From Moraxella nasovis (GTDB lineage Bacteria > Pseudomonadota > Gammaproteobacteria > Pseudomonadales > Moraxellaceae): a DNA stretch of 32,000 nt. The stretch spans positions 1,020,001 to 1,052,000 of the forward strand of contig NZ_CP089976.1 of NCBI RefSeq assembly GCF_022701215.1, written 5' to 3'. Below the pieces are notes generated by a model. It ran no database searches. It saw only the letters and a program-made list of their open reading frames with translations, and was not told the origin of the DNA. Shown piece after piece: positions 16,509 to 24,861 of the stretch. Each line of letters starts with the position of its first letter. Within the stretch, counting starts at the first letter, position 1. The translations under genes were made by a program, and so were the position numbers.

Positions 16509-17863
16509 TAGATCATACCTACGCCTGATAGCTCTCTGGCAAGTGTGGCGGCACGATTGTCGGTCATGCCACCAACAAAATCTAATACTTTCATGTAGCC
16601 TGTGTATAAGGTATCATACTCCCGAATGGGTGTATCTTTCATAAGCTTTAATGTCAAATTGTTTTTAACCGTGAGTGGTTGACCTGTGATTTTGGCGTGT
16701 ACTGCAGGGATAAATAAATCAAGCAGCAGACCTAGGCAGCCAAAACTTGCGATTTCGGTGGTAATTTTACTTGGGTGATGAAAAATTTTGTCTTGGGCGA
16801 TTTGTTTGGCATTGTCTAAGGTGTTTTGTACGTTATTACTACTAACTGCCAGCAAGTCTTTGTGTGAAAACTTACCTGTTAATAGCTCATCATGGTGCTT
16901 CATAAAGGCATTGGCAATGTCATGAATGGCGTAACCAATGGCAATTCCACGCATCGCTCCACGCCTTTGCATGGGGTTGTTGATGGATTTTAGATTGTCA
17001 ATATCTACCACGTGGGTCAAAATGTTTTCAAACTCTGTCATGCTAAGTAAATCAAGCTCCACTGCATCTTCAAGATCCAGTAAAGCATAACAAATGTCGT
17101 CTGCCGCTTCCATCAAGTAAGACAGCGGGTGTCTTGCCCAGCGGTTATCATCTAACGAAACTAAGCCTAAATCGCTAGCAACTTTTTGAATTAATGGTAA
17201 TTCAGACTGTAAAATGTTGTATTTACCCTTGTCATAAGCTAGGTGATGTGAGCTTGTCCAAGGGTATTTGAGCAGTGTCCCAAGACTTGCTGATGTCAAA
17301 CGCATACCGCCTAAATGCCGATACATCTCAAGACGAGTCAGCGTGCGTAGACTCATGGCGTTGCCTTCATAGGTGGTTACATCACGGATTTCATCGTCGG
17401 TTAAGCCTTGCAAAAACCGTCCATTATCGTCCTTTTGCCACCACGCTCGCAGCGCTTCTTCGCCTGTATGTCCAAATGGTGGATTGCCAAGGTCGTGAGC
17501 CAAACACGCCACTTGCACCACCGTGCCAATGTCGCTTGGGGTGTAGCCTTTTGGTAAAAATCCGCCTTGCTCTAGCCTTACGCCTACATGATTACCAAGA
17601 CTACGCCCAACACTTGCCACTTCCACGCTGTGAGTTAAGCGGTTATGCGTGTGGTCGTGTTTGGCAAAAGGGTGAACTTGGGTTTTACGTCCTAATCTAC
17701 GAAAGGCACTTGAGAAGACTACACGGTCATAATCAATGTGAAAATCCGTCCGTAAAACGTCCGCTCCATCAAGACTGGCATGAGTGGTTGATGATACGAC
17801 GCAGCCATTATCAATCTTAAAGCGATTGGTTGAAAGTAGCTTTGCCCATGTAGATTTAGACAT
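16508..17863 (-). CDS. dgt: Deoxyguanosinetriphosphate triphosphohydrolase-like protein (HD-domain dNTPase)
   Basis: 451 aa. RTDFHIDYDRVVFSSAFRRLGRKTQV, HD-domain residues NRLTHSVEVASVGRSLG ... CLAHDLGNPPFGHTGE, and C-terminal DYVGGMTD-like FVGGMTDNRA. Confidence 0.92.
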   Translation of the reverse strand: MSKSTWAKLLSTNRFKIDNGCVVSSTTHASLDGADVLRTDFHIDYDRVVFSSAFRRLGRKTQVHPFAKHDHTHNRLTHSVEVASVGRSLGNHVGVRLEQGGFLPKGYTPSDIGTVVQVACLAHDLGNPPFGHTGEEALRAWWQKDDNGRFLQGLTDDEIRDVTTYEGNAMSLRTLTRLEMYRHLGGMRLTSASLGTLLKYPWTSSHHLAYDKGKYNILQSELPLIQKVASDLGLVSLDDNRWARHPLSYLMEAADDICYALLDLEDAVELDLLSMTEFENILTHVVDIDNLKSINNPMQRRGAMRGIAIGYAIHDIANAFMKHHDELLTGKFSHKDLLAVSSNNVQNTLDNAKQIAQDKIFHHPSKITTEIASFGCLGLLLDLFIPAVHAKITGQPLTVKNNLTLKLMKDTPIREYDTLYTGYMKVLDFVGGMTDNRAATLARELSGVGMI

Positions 17864-18251
17864 GTAAGTTTCCTTATTTTTTGGCTATCATAGCGACGGC
17901 GAGAGTTTTTCTTGCTTAACTTTATCGCTGTTACCGAACACTTTGGTGAAAGTACGTTTATGAAGTGGTATCATGTGTCAATCGCTAATACACAAAACCG
18001 CTTGCTTGCTTGTATGTTTTGATAGCGGCACGAAAACCAAACCGTTTGCCAAACATATTTTGAATAAAGCTTATCATTTTTCGCCTGTGTTCGATTCTCA
18101 TCTGTAAGTCTTATGGGTTAGGCTTATTCATGGGTTTTTATAAAACTTCATTATAGTAACAAAAATATTGTAGCAAAAACTAAGGCAACTTGGCGTATTT
18201 ATCATGGCTAAACCTTATGCAAAGGACTGCTTAATAAATCAAGCTACGAAT

Positions 18252-19184
18252 TTAATGAGCCAAGCTACGCAATCTATCTGCTAATGCTTCACGAGCCTTA
18301 ATAAAGCCGTCAATGCCATTGGTTAAAAGTTCAGTTGACATGGCGTCGTTTTGTAGCTGTTCATCAAAAGCGTCTTTGGTCAAAATTTGTTTTGGTAAAT
18401 CACTGCCATCATTTGGCGACAGCTGACGAGTGACAGCGACATCCATCTTAGCAAGCTTGTCAATTAAATCAGGTGAAATGGTCAATAAGTCGCAGCCTGC
18501 AAGTGCCAAAATCTCGTCTGTGTTGCGAAAGCTTGCTCCCATGATTTGTGTGCGGTAGTCGTGCTGCTTAAAATACTGATAAATCGCTTTAACCGAAAGC
18601 ACACCTTTATCCTCGGTGACTGGGATGGTTTCACGGTTCTCGTGGCGTTTTTGCCAATCTAAAATCCTGCCCACAAACGGCGAGATTAACGTAATGCCAG
18701 CGTCAGCACAGGCATAAGCTTGATGCAGTCCAAATAAAAGTGTTAAATTGCAGTGAATGCCTTGCTTTTCAAGCTGCCTACCTGCTTGAATGCCTTGCCA
18801 TGTGGAAGCAATCTTAATAAGCACTCTATCTTTACAAATGCCTTGTTCTTCATAGGCTTTAATAAACTCTAAAGCTTTTTTGACAGTTGCTTTGGTATCA
18901 AAAGAAAGTCGTGCGTCCACCTCGGTAGAAACTTTCCCGTCAATGCGTTTTAAAATTTCTGTTCCAATAAAAACAGTCAAATCGTCAATGACTTTATCGA
19001 TGTCGTGGGGATGTTTATTTAAGCTGTCTTTTAGTATCGGCTCAAATTCTGGTAGGCTAAGCACTTGAGTAATTAGGCTTGGGTTGGTGGTGGCATCTAT
19101 CGGTTTTAGTCGCTCGATGGCATCTAAGTTACCTGTATCAGCGACAATGGTGGTCATGGCTTGTAGTTGTGCTAGGGTGGTCAT
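18252..19184 (-). CDS. tal: Transaldolase
   Basis: 310 aa. TTIVADTGNLDAI...DATTNPSLI and the active-site lysine context VLIKIASTWQGI are the classic TalB-type pattern. Confidence 0.95.
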   Translation of the reverse strand: MTTLAQLQAMTTIVADTGNLDAIERLKPIDATTNPSLITQVLSLPEFEPILKDSLNKHPHDIDKVIDDLTVFIGTEILKRIDGKVSTEVDARLSFDTKATVKKALEFIKAYEEQGICKDRVLIKIASTWQGIQAGRQLEKQGIHCNLTLLFGLHQAYACADAGITLISPFVGRILDWQKRHENRETIPVTEDKGVLSVKAIYQYFKQHDYRTQIMGASFRNTDEILALAGCDLLTISPDLIDKLAKMDVAVTRQLSPNDGSDLPKQILTKDAFDEQLQNDAMSTELLTNGIDGFIKAREALADRLRSLAH

Positions 19185-19264
19185 TGGAATAATCCTGATG
19201 AGTAAGGTAAATCAAAATTAACACATTTTTTGACACCTGCCAACCCTTAAGATAAACAAGATCA

Positions 19265-20197
19265 TCAGCCTCTAGGGTGGTGCTGTTTATGTAGGTTTTG
19301 CAGGCGTGTGGTGGCGACGTGTGTATAGATCTGTGTGGTGGATAGGTTGCTGTGGCCTAATAATAACTGCACACTGCGTAAGTCTGCTCCGTGATTAATA
19401 AGATGAGTAGCAAAGGCATGACGCAGTGTATGTGGCGAGATGTCACTCGTGATGTTGGCGATGCGAGCGTATTTTTTAATCATATGCCAAAAGTTATGCC
19501 GTGTCATATAGCCACCTTGTGCGGTTAAAAAAACCGCTTGGCAGTCGTTTCTACCATCTGGCAGCAGTGTTCGTCTGTGTAGCATGTAGTTTTCTATGGC
19601 AGTGATGGCAAATTCGCCAAGTGGCACAAGTCTGGTTTTATTGCCCTTACCTGTGATTTGTAGCCAGCCTGCATTTAAATTAAGCTGCTCTAGGGAGATA
19701 TTTATCAGCTCTGATACACGCAGACCACAGGCATACAGCACTTCTAACATCGCCTTATCACGCAGCCCAAGCACTGTGCTGATGTCAGGTGCATCCAACA
19801 GACAAGTGACATCGTCTTCAGATAGGGTTTTTGGTAAGGATGAGCCAGTTTTTGGGGCTTTTATGTGCTCGCAGGGGTTATCGTCTCGTCCGCCATTGCC
19901 AATTTGCCATAAGAAAAACTGCCTTAAGCTTGATAAAATTCTTGCTTGAGTACGAACAGACTTGCCAAGCTGCATCATGGATTTTAGGCAGTGCTGTACT
20001 TGTGCCTCACCCCACGTTGTTAATGGTGTGCTTGAAGTATTAAGGCATAAGCGTAAATCACGCATATAAGCGTTACGAGTATGGACGCTAAGCCCACGAG
20101 CAAGCATGGCAGTGCGAAATTCTGTCAGATAGATGGGGTCGTCATCTGCGTGTGCGATGGTGGGCTGACGGGGTGTCTTGGCACGGGTCTGGCTCAT
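19265..20197 (-). CDS. xerD: Site-specific tyrosine recombinase XerD
   Basis: 310 aa. The C-terminal catalytic region HTLRHAFATHLINHGADLRSVQLLLGHSNLSTTQIYTHVATTRLQNLHKQHHPR matches the XerD pattern more closely than XerC. Confidence 0.9.
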   Translation of the reverse strand: MSQTRAKTPRQPTIAHADDDPIYLTEFRTAMLARGLSVHTRNAYMRDLRLCLNTSSTPLTTWGEAQVQHCLKSMMQLGKSVRTQARILSSLRQFFLWQIGNGGRDDNPCEHIKAPKTGSSLPKTLSEDDVTCLLDAPDISTVLGLRDKAMLEVLYACGLRVSELINISLEQLNLNAGWLQITGKGNKTRLVPLGEFAITAIENYMLHRRTLLPDGRNDCQAVFLTAQGGYMTRHNFWHMIKKYARIANITSDISPHTLRHAFATHLINHGADLRSVQLLLGHSNLSTTQIYTHVATTRLQNLHKQHHPRG

Positions 20198-20436
20198 GAT
20201 TTTTTGGCGATTAGATAACGATAACTGCCATCGTCACATGTTTGCTCTAAGATTAGTGTATGCCCCAAATGCCGACAAAAATTGGGAATATCTCGAGTGG
20301 TGGCAGGATCTGTGGCAAGAATTTCTATAACGTCCCCTGCTACTGCCTGACGAATGGTCTTATGAAGTAGCATGACAGGCTCTGGGCAGATAAGTCCTGT
20401 GGTGTCAAGATGGTGGTTGATGGTGTGATTAGTCAT
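20194..20436 (-). CDS. tusA: Sulfurtransferase TusA-family protein
   Basis: 80 aa. LDTTGLICPEPVMLL carries the CPxP active-site motif of TusA/SirA. ATGA overlap with the xerD start. Confidence 0.85.
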   Translation of the reverse strand: MTNHTINHHLDTTGLICPEPVMLLHKTIRQAVAGDVIEILATDPATTRDIPNFCRHLGHTLILEQTCDDGSYRYLIAKKS

Positions 20437-20887
20437 GATGGTCTGTTTGTTTTGATGAATGGGTTAAAAATGTCAAAAATCGCTTAAAATTAACACGAAA
20501 CACAAATGGCATACCAAACCATGCAATCATTGTCAAAAATAAGCTCATAAAAAATACAATACTACTGCCTTGTGCGATAAATACAGCAAGCGTAAAACCA
20601 AATAATCCTATGCCTACCCCTAGTATTAGGCGTAGGATTGACTTTTGGATAATATGATAACGCCCAAGTAAAAACACATGATATAAGCTGATGGGAATGC
20701 TTAGACCAACGAGTACATAAGGTAAATAATGAAATGCCAAATACACACCCATGCTGTCTTTAAAGGCGTTAAGACTGGCAAGCGTTCCTAAAATAAAAAA
20801 ACTACCAATCGCCATAATACCAAGGAAAATACTGATATTAGCAAAGCGGATCGCATCTGTAATATGACGGATTAAAAGATGATTCAT
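20429..20887 (-). CDS. Hypothetical integral membrane protein (about 4 TM)
   Basis: 152-aa ORF that is strongly hydrophobic. Its start overlaps the ruvX stop (ATGA) and its stop overlaps the tusA start by 8 nt. AT-rich. No recognisable family. Confidence 0.6.
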   Translation of the reverse strand: MNHLLIRHITDAIRFANISIFLGIMAIGSFFILGTLASLNAFKDSMGVYLAFHYLPYVLVGLSIPISLYHVFLLGRYHIIQKSILRLILGVGIGLFGFTLAVFIAQGSSIVFFMSLFLTMIAWFGMPFVFRVNFKRFLTFLTHSSKQTDHHD

Positions 20888-21369
20888 AGCTTACCTTTCG
20901 TGTCTTGGTCGTGGTAATTGCCGATGTAAGTGGCAAGCTTAGTGTCGCCAAAATACCCATCAAGCAAGACACAAGCTGCAATATCATCTATTGGATCGCT
21001 TTCATGGCGAATCCAGCCATTATCCCAGGCGATTTGCCGAGCTTGTTTTGAGCTAAGGCGTTCGTCATAAGTAAAGACTTTGGTGTAGCTTTTACGTTCG
21101 CCTAGACGATGAGATAGTCTGCGAGCAAATTTATGTGCCCGCTTGGTAATCATGCTGTCTGTTCCGTCCATATTTAAGGGAAGTCCCACGACGACGATGT
21201 CAATTTGCCAGCTGTCAATAATGCCAAGTAGATTATCCCAATCAGGCTGCCCATTATTCATCGCTAAGATGTCAAAAGCTCTAGCATCACAGGTAAGACT
21301 ATTACCAAGTGCCATACCCATTTTTTTTATACCAAAGTCTAAGGCTAAGATCAGTTTGGGCTTTGTCAT
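20884..21369 (-). CDS. ruvX: Holliday-junction-resolvase-like nuclease RuvX (YqgF)
   Basis: 161 aa. ILALDFGIKKMGMALGN and VVVGLPLNMDGT are YqgF motifs. It follows yqgE, the conserved gene pair. Confidence 0.9.
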   Translation of the reverse strand: MTKPKLILALDFGIKKMGMALGNSLTCDARAFDILAMNNGQPDWDNLLGIIDSWQIDIVVVGLPLNMDGTDSMITKRAHKFARRLSHRLGERKSYTKVFTYDERLSSKQARQIAWDNGWIRHESDPIDDIAACVLLDGYFGDTKLATYIGNYHDQDTKGKL

Positions 21370-21926
21370 TAGGCGTGTCCTGTAGCAGGGGCGAGTAATT
21401 GCGGATTAATGCCTATTTTATCGCAAGCTTTTTGGTATTTTTGATCAAGCGGTGTGCCAAATAAAATTTGTAAGTCGGCAGGGCAGATGAGCCAGTCGCC
21501 GTTCGCAATCTGTTTATCAAGCTGACCTTTATGCCAATGACAAAACCCAAGACATAGCAAAAAATGCGATACAGATCCCTCGCAGATCGCCTCAAGAACA
21601 TCTTGGCTTGTGGTTAGGCAGATGTTTTCGTCAACGACAAGAGAATAGCGATAGTCAGGCTGTCCTGTGTGCAAAATATAGCCTGCCTCTGGGCGTACAG
21701 GGCCACCGTGCATGACAGCAGTTTGGGAGTGGTTTGGAGTGCATGACAGCCCAAGATTATCCATAAGATTGCCTATAGTCATATCATCGATGGCACGGTT
21801 AATGATAAATCCCCAACTGATTTCATCAGTGTGCCGAACCACATAGATGAGTGTTCCTAAGAACAGTGCATCATTTATCTGCGGACTTGCGATTAAAAAG
21901 TGATGTGTAAGTTTTTGTTTTGGCAT
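21369..21926 (-). CDS. yqgE: YqgE/AlgH family protein (UPF0301)
   Basis: 185 aa. HFLIASPQINDALFLGTLIYVVRHTDEISWGFIINR, MHGGPVRPEAGYILH and HWHKGQLDKQIANGDWL match the AlgH/YqgE pattern. Confidence 0.88.
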   Translation of the reverse strand: MPKQKLTHHFLIASPQINDALFLGTLIYVVRHTDEISWGFIINRAIDDMTIGNLMDNLGLSCTPNHSQTAVMHGGPVRPEAGYILHTGQPDYRYSLVVDENICLTTSQDVLEAICEGSVSHFLLCLGFCHWHKGQLDKQIANGDWLICPADLQILFGTPLDQKYQKACDKIGINPQLLAPATGHA

Positions 21927-23629
21927 CAGGTTTGTTTAGACTGTGTTGATTTTGGTAAATTACAAATATCCCCCAACAGGCTTCTGGCGTGAGCTTTTGT
22001 GGCTTCTGTGATGTGTACGCCGCCAGACATACGAGCCAGCTCATCGACTTGGGCTTCGCCTGTGATGATACTCATGGTACTGGTCGTCTGCTCGCCATGC
22101 TCTTTATGCACTAAGATGTGCTGATGGGCAGCAGCAGCGACTTGGGCTTGGTGTGTGATGGCAAATAACTGCTGATGCTCCCCAAGATTACGCAAAAGCT
22201 CGCCAACCACTTGGGCTGTCCCCCCTGATATTCCGACATCCACTTCATCAAAAATCAGCGTCGGACGAACTTTATGCTGACTGTCAGTTGTCATGACCTG
22301 CATCACTAAGGCGATACGAGATAATTCACCGCCAGAGGCGACTTTATGTAAAGGCTGGGTGGGCATGCCAACGTTAGCACTAAATAGTAAGGCAACATCA
22401 TAAAGTCCATGCTGGTTGTACTGACTGCTTGGTTTTTGGCTAAAGTCAAATTCACATTTGGCATTAGGCAGTGCCAAAGGCGATAACAGTAATTCTAGCG
22501 TCTCGCAGATGGTCGGTGCGTGCTTTTGGCGTGCAGCATCAAGCTTGCGAGCGTGCGTTAGATACTGCTCATAGCTTTCGGTAACTTTCGCCTGAAGTAC
22601 GTCATCATCAGGAATGGCGATAAGCTCGTCCAACTCATCTTGCCACGTACTGGCGTCTTGGAGTAACTCGCTCACAGGGGCGTGGTATTTGCCAGATAAT
22701 CTGTGTGCTAGGCTGATAAGTTCATTTAGCTCATTAAGTCTTTCTTCGTCAGGTAAAGACTGTTCGGCATAGTCAGCAAGCTTAGCGGCAGCATCGTTAA
22801 TTTGCTCAAATGCCAAAGCTAAAAGCGTACCGCACTCGCTAAACACTTTACTTTTATCGCTTTGGCTGTCGCAAATCTTAATAGCACGAGCAAGTAGGCT
22901 TGACACGCTAGGCTCATCGCTGTCATTATCAAGATGGTTTGCTGCACTCATCGCTTCTGTCATTAGGCTTTCAAGGTTTGACAGCTCGTCATATTCGCTT
23001 TCAATATCATCAAAATTTACCTTAAGCAGCGGCTCAATGTCGGTGATTTTAGCTTGGAGTAAGGCGATACGATCAAGCCTTTGGGCAGATTGGTTCTTTG
23101 CATTTAGCGCTTTGGTTTTTAGGGTTTGCCAATCGTGATAGGCTTGTTTTGTGGTGTTTTTAAGCTCAGATAAGCCACTGACCGTGTCTAGCCAGTCAAT
23201 GACAAATTGGGGCTTTAGCAGCTCAAGTCCTGCGTGCTGTGAGTGGATATTCACCAAAATTGCCCCAAGTGATTTTAGTTCACTAATACTAGCAGGCGTG
23301 CCATTAATCCATGATTTTGAGCGACCTTGCTGGCTTATTTTACGGCGAATCAGTAAAGTGTCTTCTTCTAATGGACGCTCATGTTCGGCAAACCACGCAC
23401 TGACAGCGTCATTACCTGTGATGTCAAACTCACCAAACACGCACGCTTCATCTGTGCCGTGTCTGACAAGCCCAGCATCGGCACGACCACCTGCACATAG
23501 TGATAATGCGTCTAAAATTAATGACTTGCCCGCACCAGTTTCGCCTGTGATGACATTAAACCGTGCGTCAAAATTGATTTCGTGCTGTGCAATGAGTGCA
23601 AAATTTGTCAAGGTTAAAGACGCAAGCAT
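21926..23629 (-). CDS. recN: DNA repair protein RecN
   Basis: 567 aa. N-terminus MLASLTLTNFALI...FNVITGETGAGKSLILDALSLCAGGRA (Walker A), a coiled-coil middle, and C-terminal ASGGELSRIALVMQV and LIFDEVDVGISG (signature and Walker B). Confidence 0.95.
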   Translation of the reverse strand: MLASLTLTNFALIAQHEINFDARFNVITGETGAGKSLILDALSLCAGGRADAGLVRHGTDEACVFGEFDITGNDAVSAWFAEHERPLEEDTLLIRRKISQQGRSKSWINGTPASISELKSLGAILVNIHSQHAGLELLKPQFVIDWLDTVSGLSELKNTTKQAYHDWQTLKTKALNAKNQSAQRLDRIALLQAKITDIEPLLKVNFDDIESEYDELSNLESLMTEAMSAANHLDNDSDEPSVSSLLARAIKICDSQSDKSKVFSECGTLLALAFEQINDAAAKLADYAEQSLPDEERLNELNELISLAHRLSGKYHAPVSELLQDASTWQDELDELIAIPDDDVLQAKVTESYEQYLTHARKLDAARQKHAPTICETLELLLSPLALPNAKCEFDFSQKPSSQYNQHGLYDVALLFSANVGMPTQPLHKVASGGELSRIALVMQVMTTDSQHKVRPTLIFDEVDVGISGGTAQVVGELLRNLGEHQQLFAITHQAQVAAAAHQHILVHKEHGEQTTSTMSIITGEAQVDELARMSGGVHITEATKAHARSLLGDICNLPKSTQSKQT

Positions 23630-23668
23630 GACTCTCTCAAATAGGGATAATTAATGGTCAAATGAGTT

Positions 23669-23697
23669 ATCATAATGAATTTATGAGCATTTGGCAA
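23669..23697 (-). promoter_or_regulatory. Candidate sigma70 promoter for the recN operon
   Basis: On the minus strand: TTGCCA (23697-23692), a 17-bp spacer, then TATGAT (23674-23669), about 40 nt upstream of the recN ATG. Pattern match only. Confidence 0.35.
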
Positions 23698-23731
23698 TGA
23701 TTTTGGATAATTTTCTAAGCTTTACAATGCT

Positions 23732-23760
23732 TTGACAATTTGCCACAATACTGCTTTAAT
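23732..23760 (+). promoter_or_regulatory. Candidate sigma70 promoter for rlmB
   Basis: TTGACA (23732-23737), a 17-bp spacer, then TTTAAT (23755-23760), about 60 nt upstream of the rlmB ATG. Pattern match only. Confidence 0.4.
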
Positions 23761-23821
23761 CTCATCTGTGTTTGCTTGCACTCATCGCACAGCACTTTTT
23801 TGCCTAGTTTAGGAATGTTTC

Positions 23822-24652
23822 ATGAAAAACCGCCAACGAAAACCCACTAATAAAGCACCGCACCACAACCCAAAATCCATCAACACCCGACCCCAAAAAG
23901 CCAAAAAAACCACCCCAAATTTCTACGGAACGCACGCTGTTAAAGCCATCTTGCAGAATCGCCCAGAAGATGCGTTGGCACTGTTTGTACAAAATTATGA
24001 TAACAATTCTAATAACAATCACGACGCCATTATCGCCCTTGCCAAATCAGTAGGCGTGTCAGTGCAAATTGCCCAAAAAGACAGCCTAACAGAGTTGTGT
24101 GGCAGTACGCAGCATCAGGGCGTAGTATTATCTGCTCGCATGCAAGCGATGGCAGATGAGGCGTTACTTGATGATATGATGGATGCTGATGATGCGTTAT
24201 TTTTGGTGCTTGATCAGATTACCGATCCACATAATTTTGGTGCGTGCTTAAGGACGGCAGCAGTGATGGGTGTATCAGCGGTGATTGTGCCACGCCACGG
24301 CAGTGTTGGGCTAACGCCGACAGTTGCCAAGGTGTCTGTCGGAGGGGTGGAGAGTGTACCTGTTATTGAGGTGACAAACTTAGCAAGATGCCTTGAGAAA
24401 CTAAAAAAAGCGGGCGTATTCGTCTTTGGTACAGCATTAGACGACACCGCCAAGCCCTTGCAGGCGTGTGATTTTGGTGGAAAAGTAGCAATTATCATGG
24501 GTTCAGAAGGCGAAGGTATGAGGCGACTAACCACAGAACTGTGCGATACGCTCGTCTATATTCCAATGACAGATAACCCAAACCGTCCGCAGAGTTTAAA
24601 CGTTTCTGTGGCGACAGGCATGGTATTATGGGAAGTGGTACGTCAAAGATAA
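23822..24652 (+). CDS. rlmB: 23S rRNA (guanosine2251-2'-O)-methyltransferase RlmB (SpoU family)
   Basis: 276 aa. YGTHAVKAILQNRPE (substrate-binding N-domain), LVLDQITDPHNFGACLRTAAVMGVSAVIVP, IMGSEGEGMRRLT and SLNVSVATGMVLWEVVRQR. It carries a K/R/P-rich N-terminal extension of about 35 aa. Confidence 0.92.
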   Translation: MKNRQRKPTNKAPHHNPKSINTRPQKAKKTTPNFYGTHAVKAILQNRPEDALALFVQNYDNNSNNNHDAIIALAKSVGVSVQIAQKDSLTELCGSTQHQGVVLSARMQAMADEALLDDMMDADDALFLVLDQITDPHNFGACLRTAAVMGVSAVIVPRHGSVGLTPTVAKVSVGGVESVPVIEVTNLARCLEKLKKAGVFVFGTALDDTAKPLQACDFGGKVAIIMGSEGEGMRRLTTELCDTLVYIPMTDNPNRPQSLNVSVATGMVLWEVVRQR

Positions 24653-24686
24653 GAAAAAAATAAGAAAACGCTGTTAATTGCTTCAT

Positions 24687-24700
24687 GTTCCATGTGAAAC
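24687..24700. repeat. Palindromic-word copy 5 (one substitution), GTTCCATGTGAAAC, 35 nt after the rlmB stop
   Basis: Read at 24687-24700. The extended form atgttccatgtgaaacat spans 24685-24702. Confidence 0.8.
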
Positions 24701-24861
24701 ATATTAGATTTACCTAAATAACTATCGCCACCTAAAAAGTAGTTGTTTAGCATCTTGCTTATGGGTTTACCGCAGATTTAAAAAGTTATGTGATGCATGA
24801 CATCAAAGCACCGCTATCATGGGTGAATCGCTTTTATGGTAACTATAATAGGGTCTTATTT

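Noticed and set aside
17275-17820. 181-aa plus-strand ORF inside dgt.
   Set aside because: It is antisense to the HD-domain region of dgt, and its R/H/L/C-rich composition is implausible.
18080-18100. tRNA-like T-loop string gttcgattc.
   Set aside because: The flanking bases cannot form a T-stem or an acceptor stem, so this is neither a tRNA nor a convincing tRNA-fragment att site.
23151-23654. 167-aa plus-strand ORF inside recN (also 19596..19949 and 19831..20043 in xerD, and 12096..12401 in ribB).
   Set aside because: All are antisense to strongly conserved genes and have S/P/A/C-rich low-information translations, so they are shadow ORFs.
23630-23821. LexA/SOS box upstream of recN.
   Set aside because: The only CTGT...ACAG pair (around 23766-23792) has a 19-nt spacer and lies on the rlmB side. 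No CTGT-N8-ACAG motif lies near the recN promoter.
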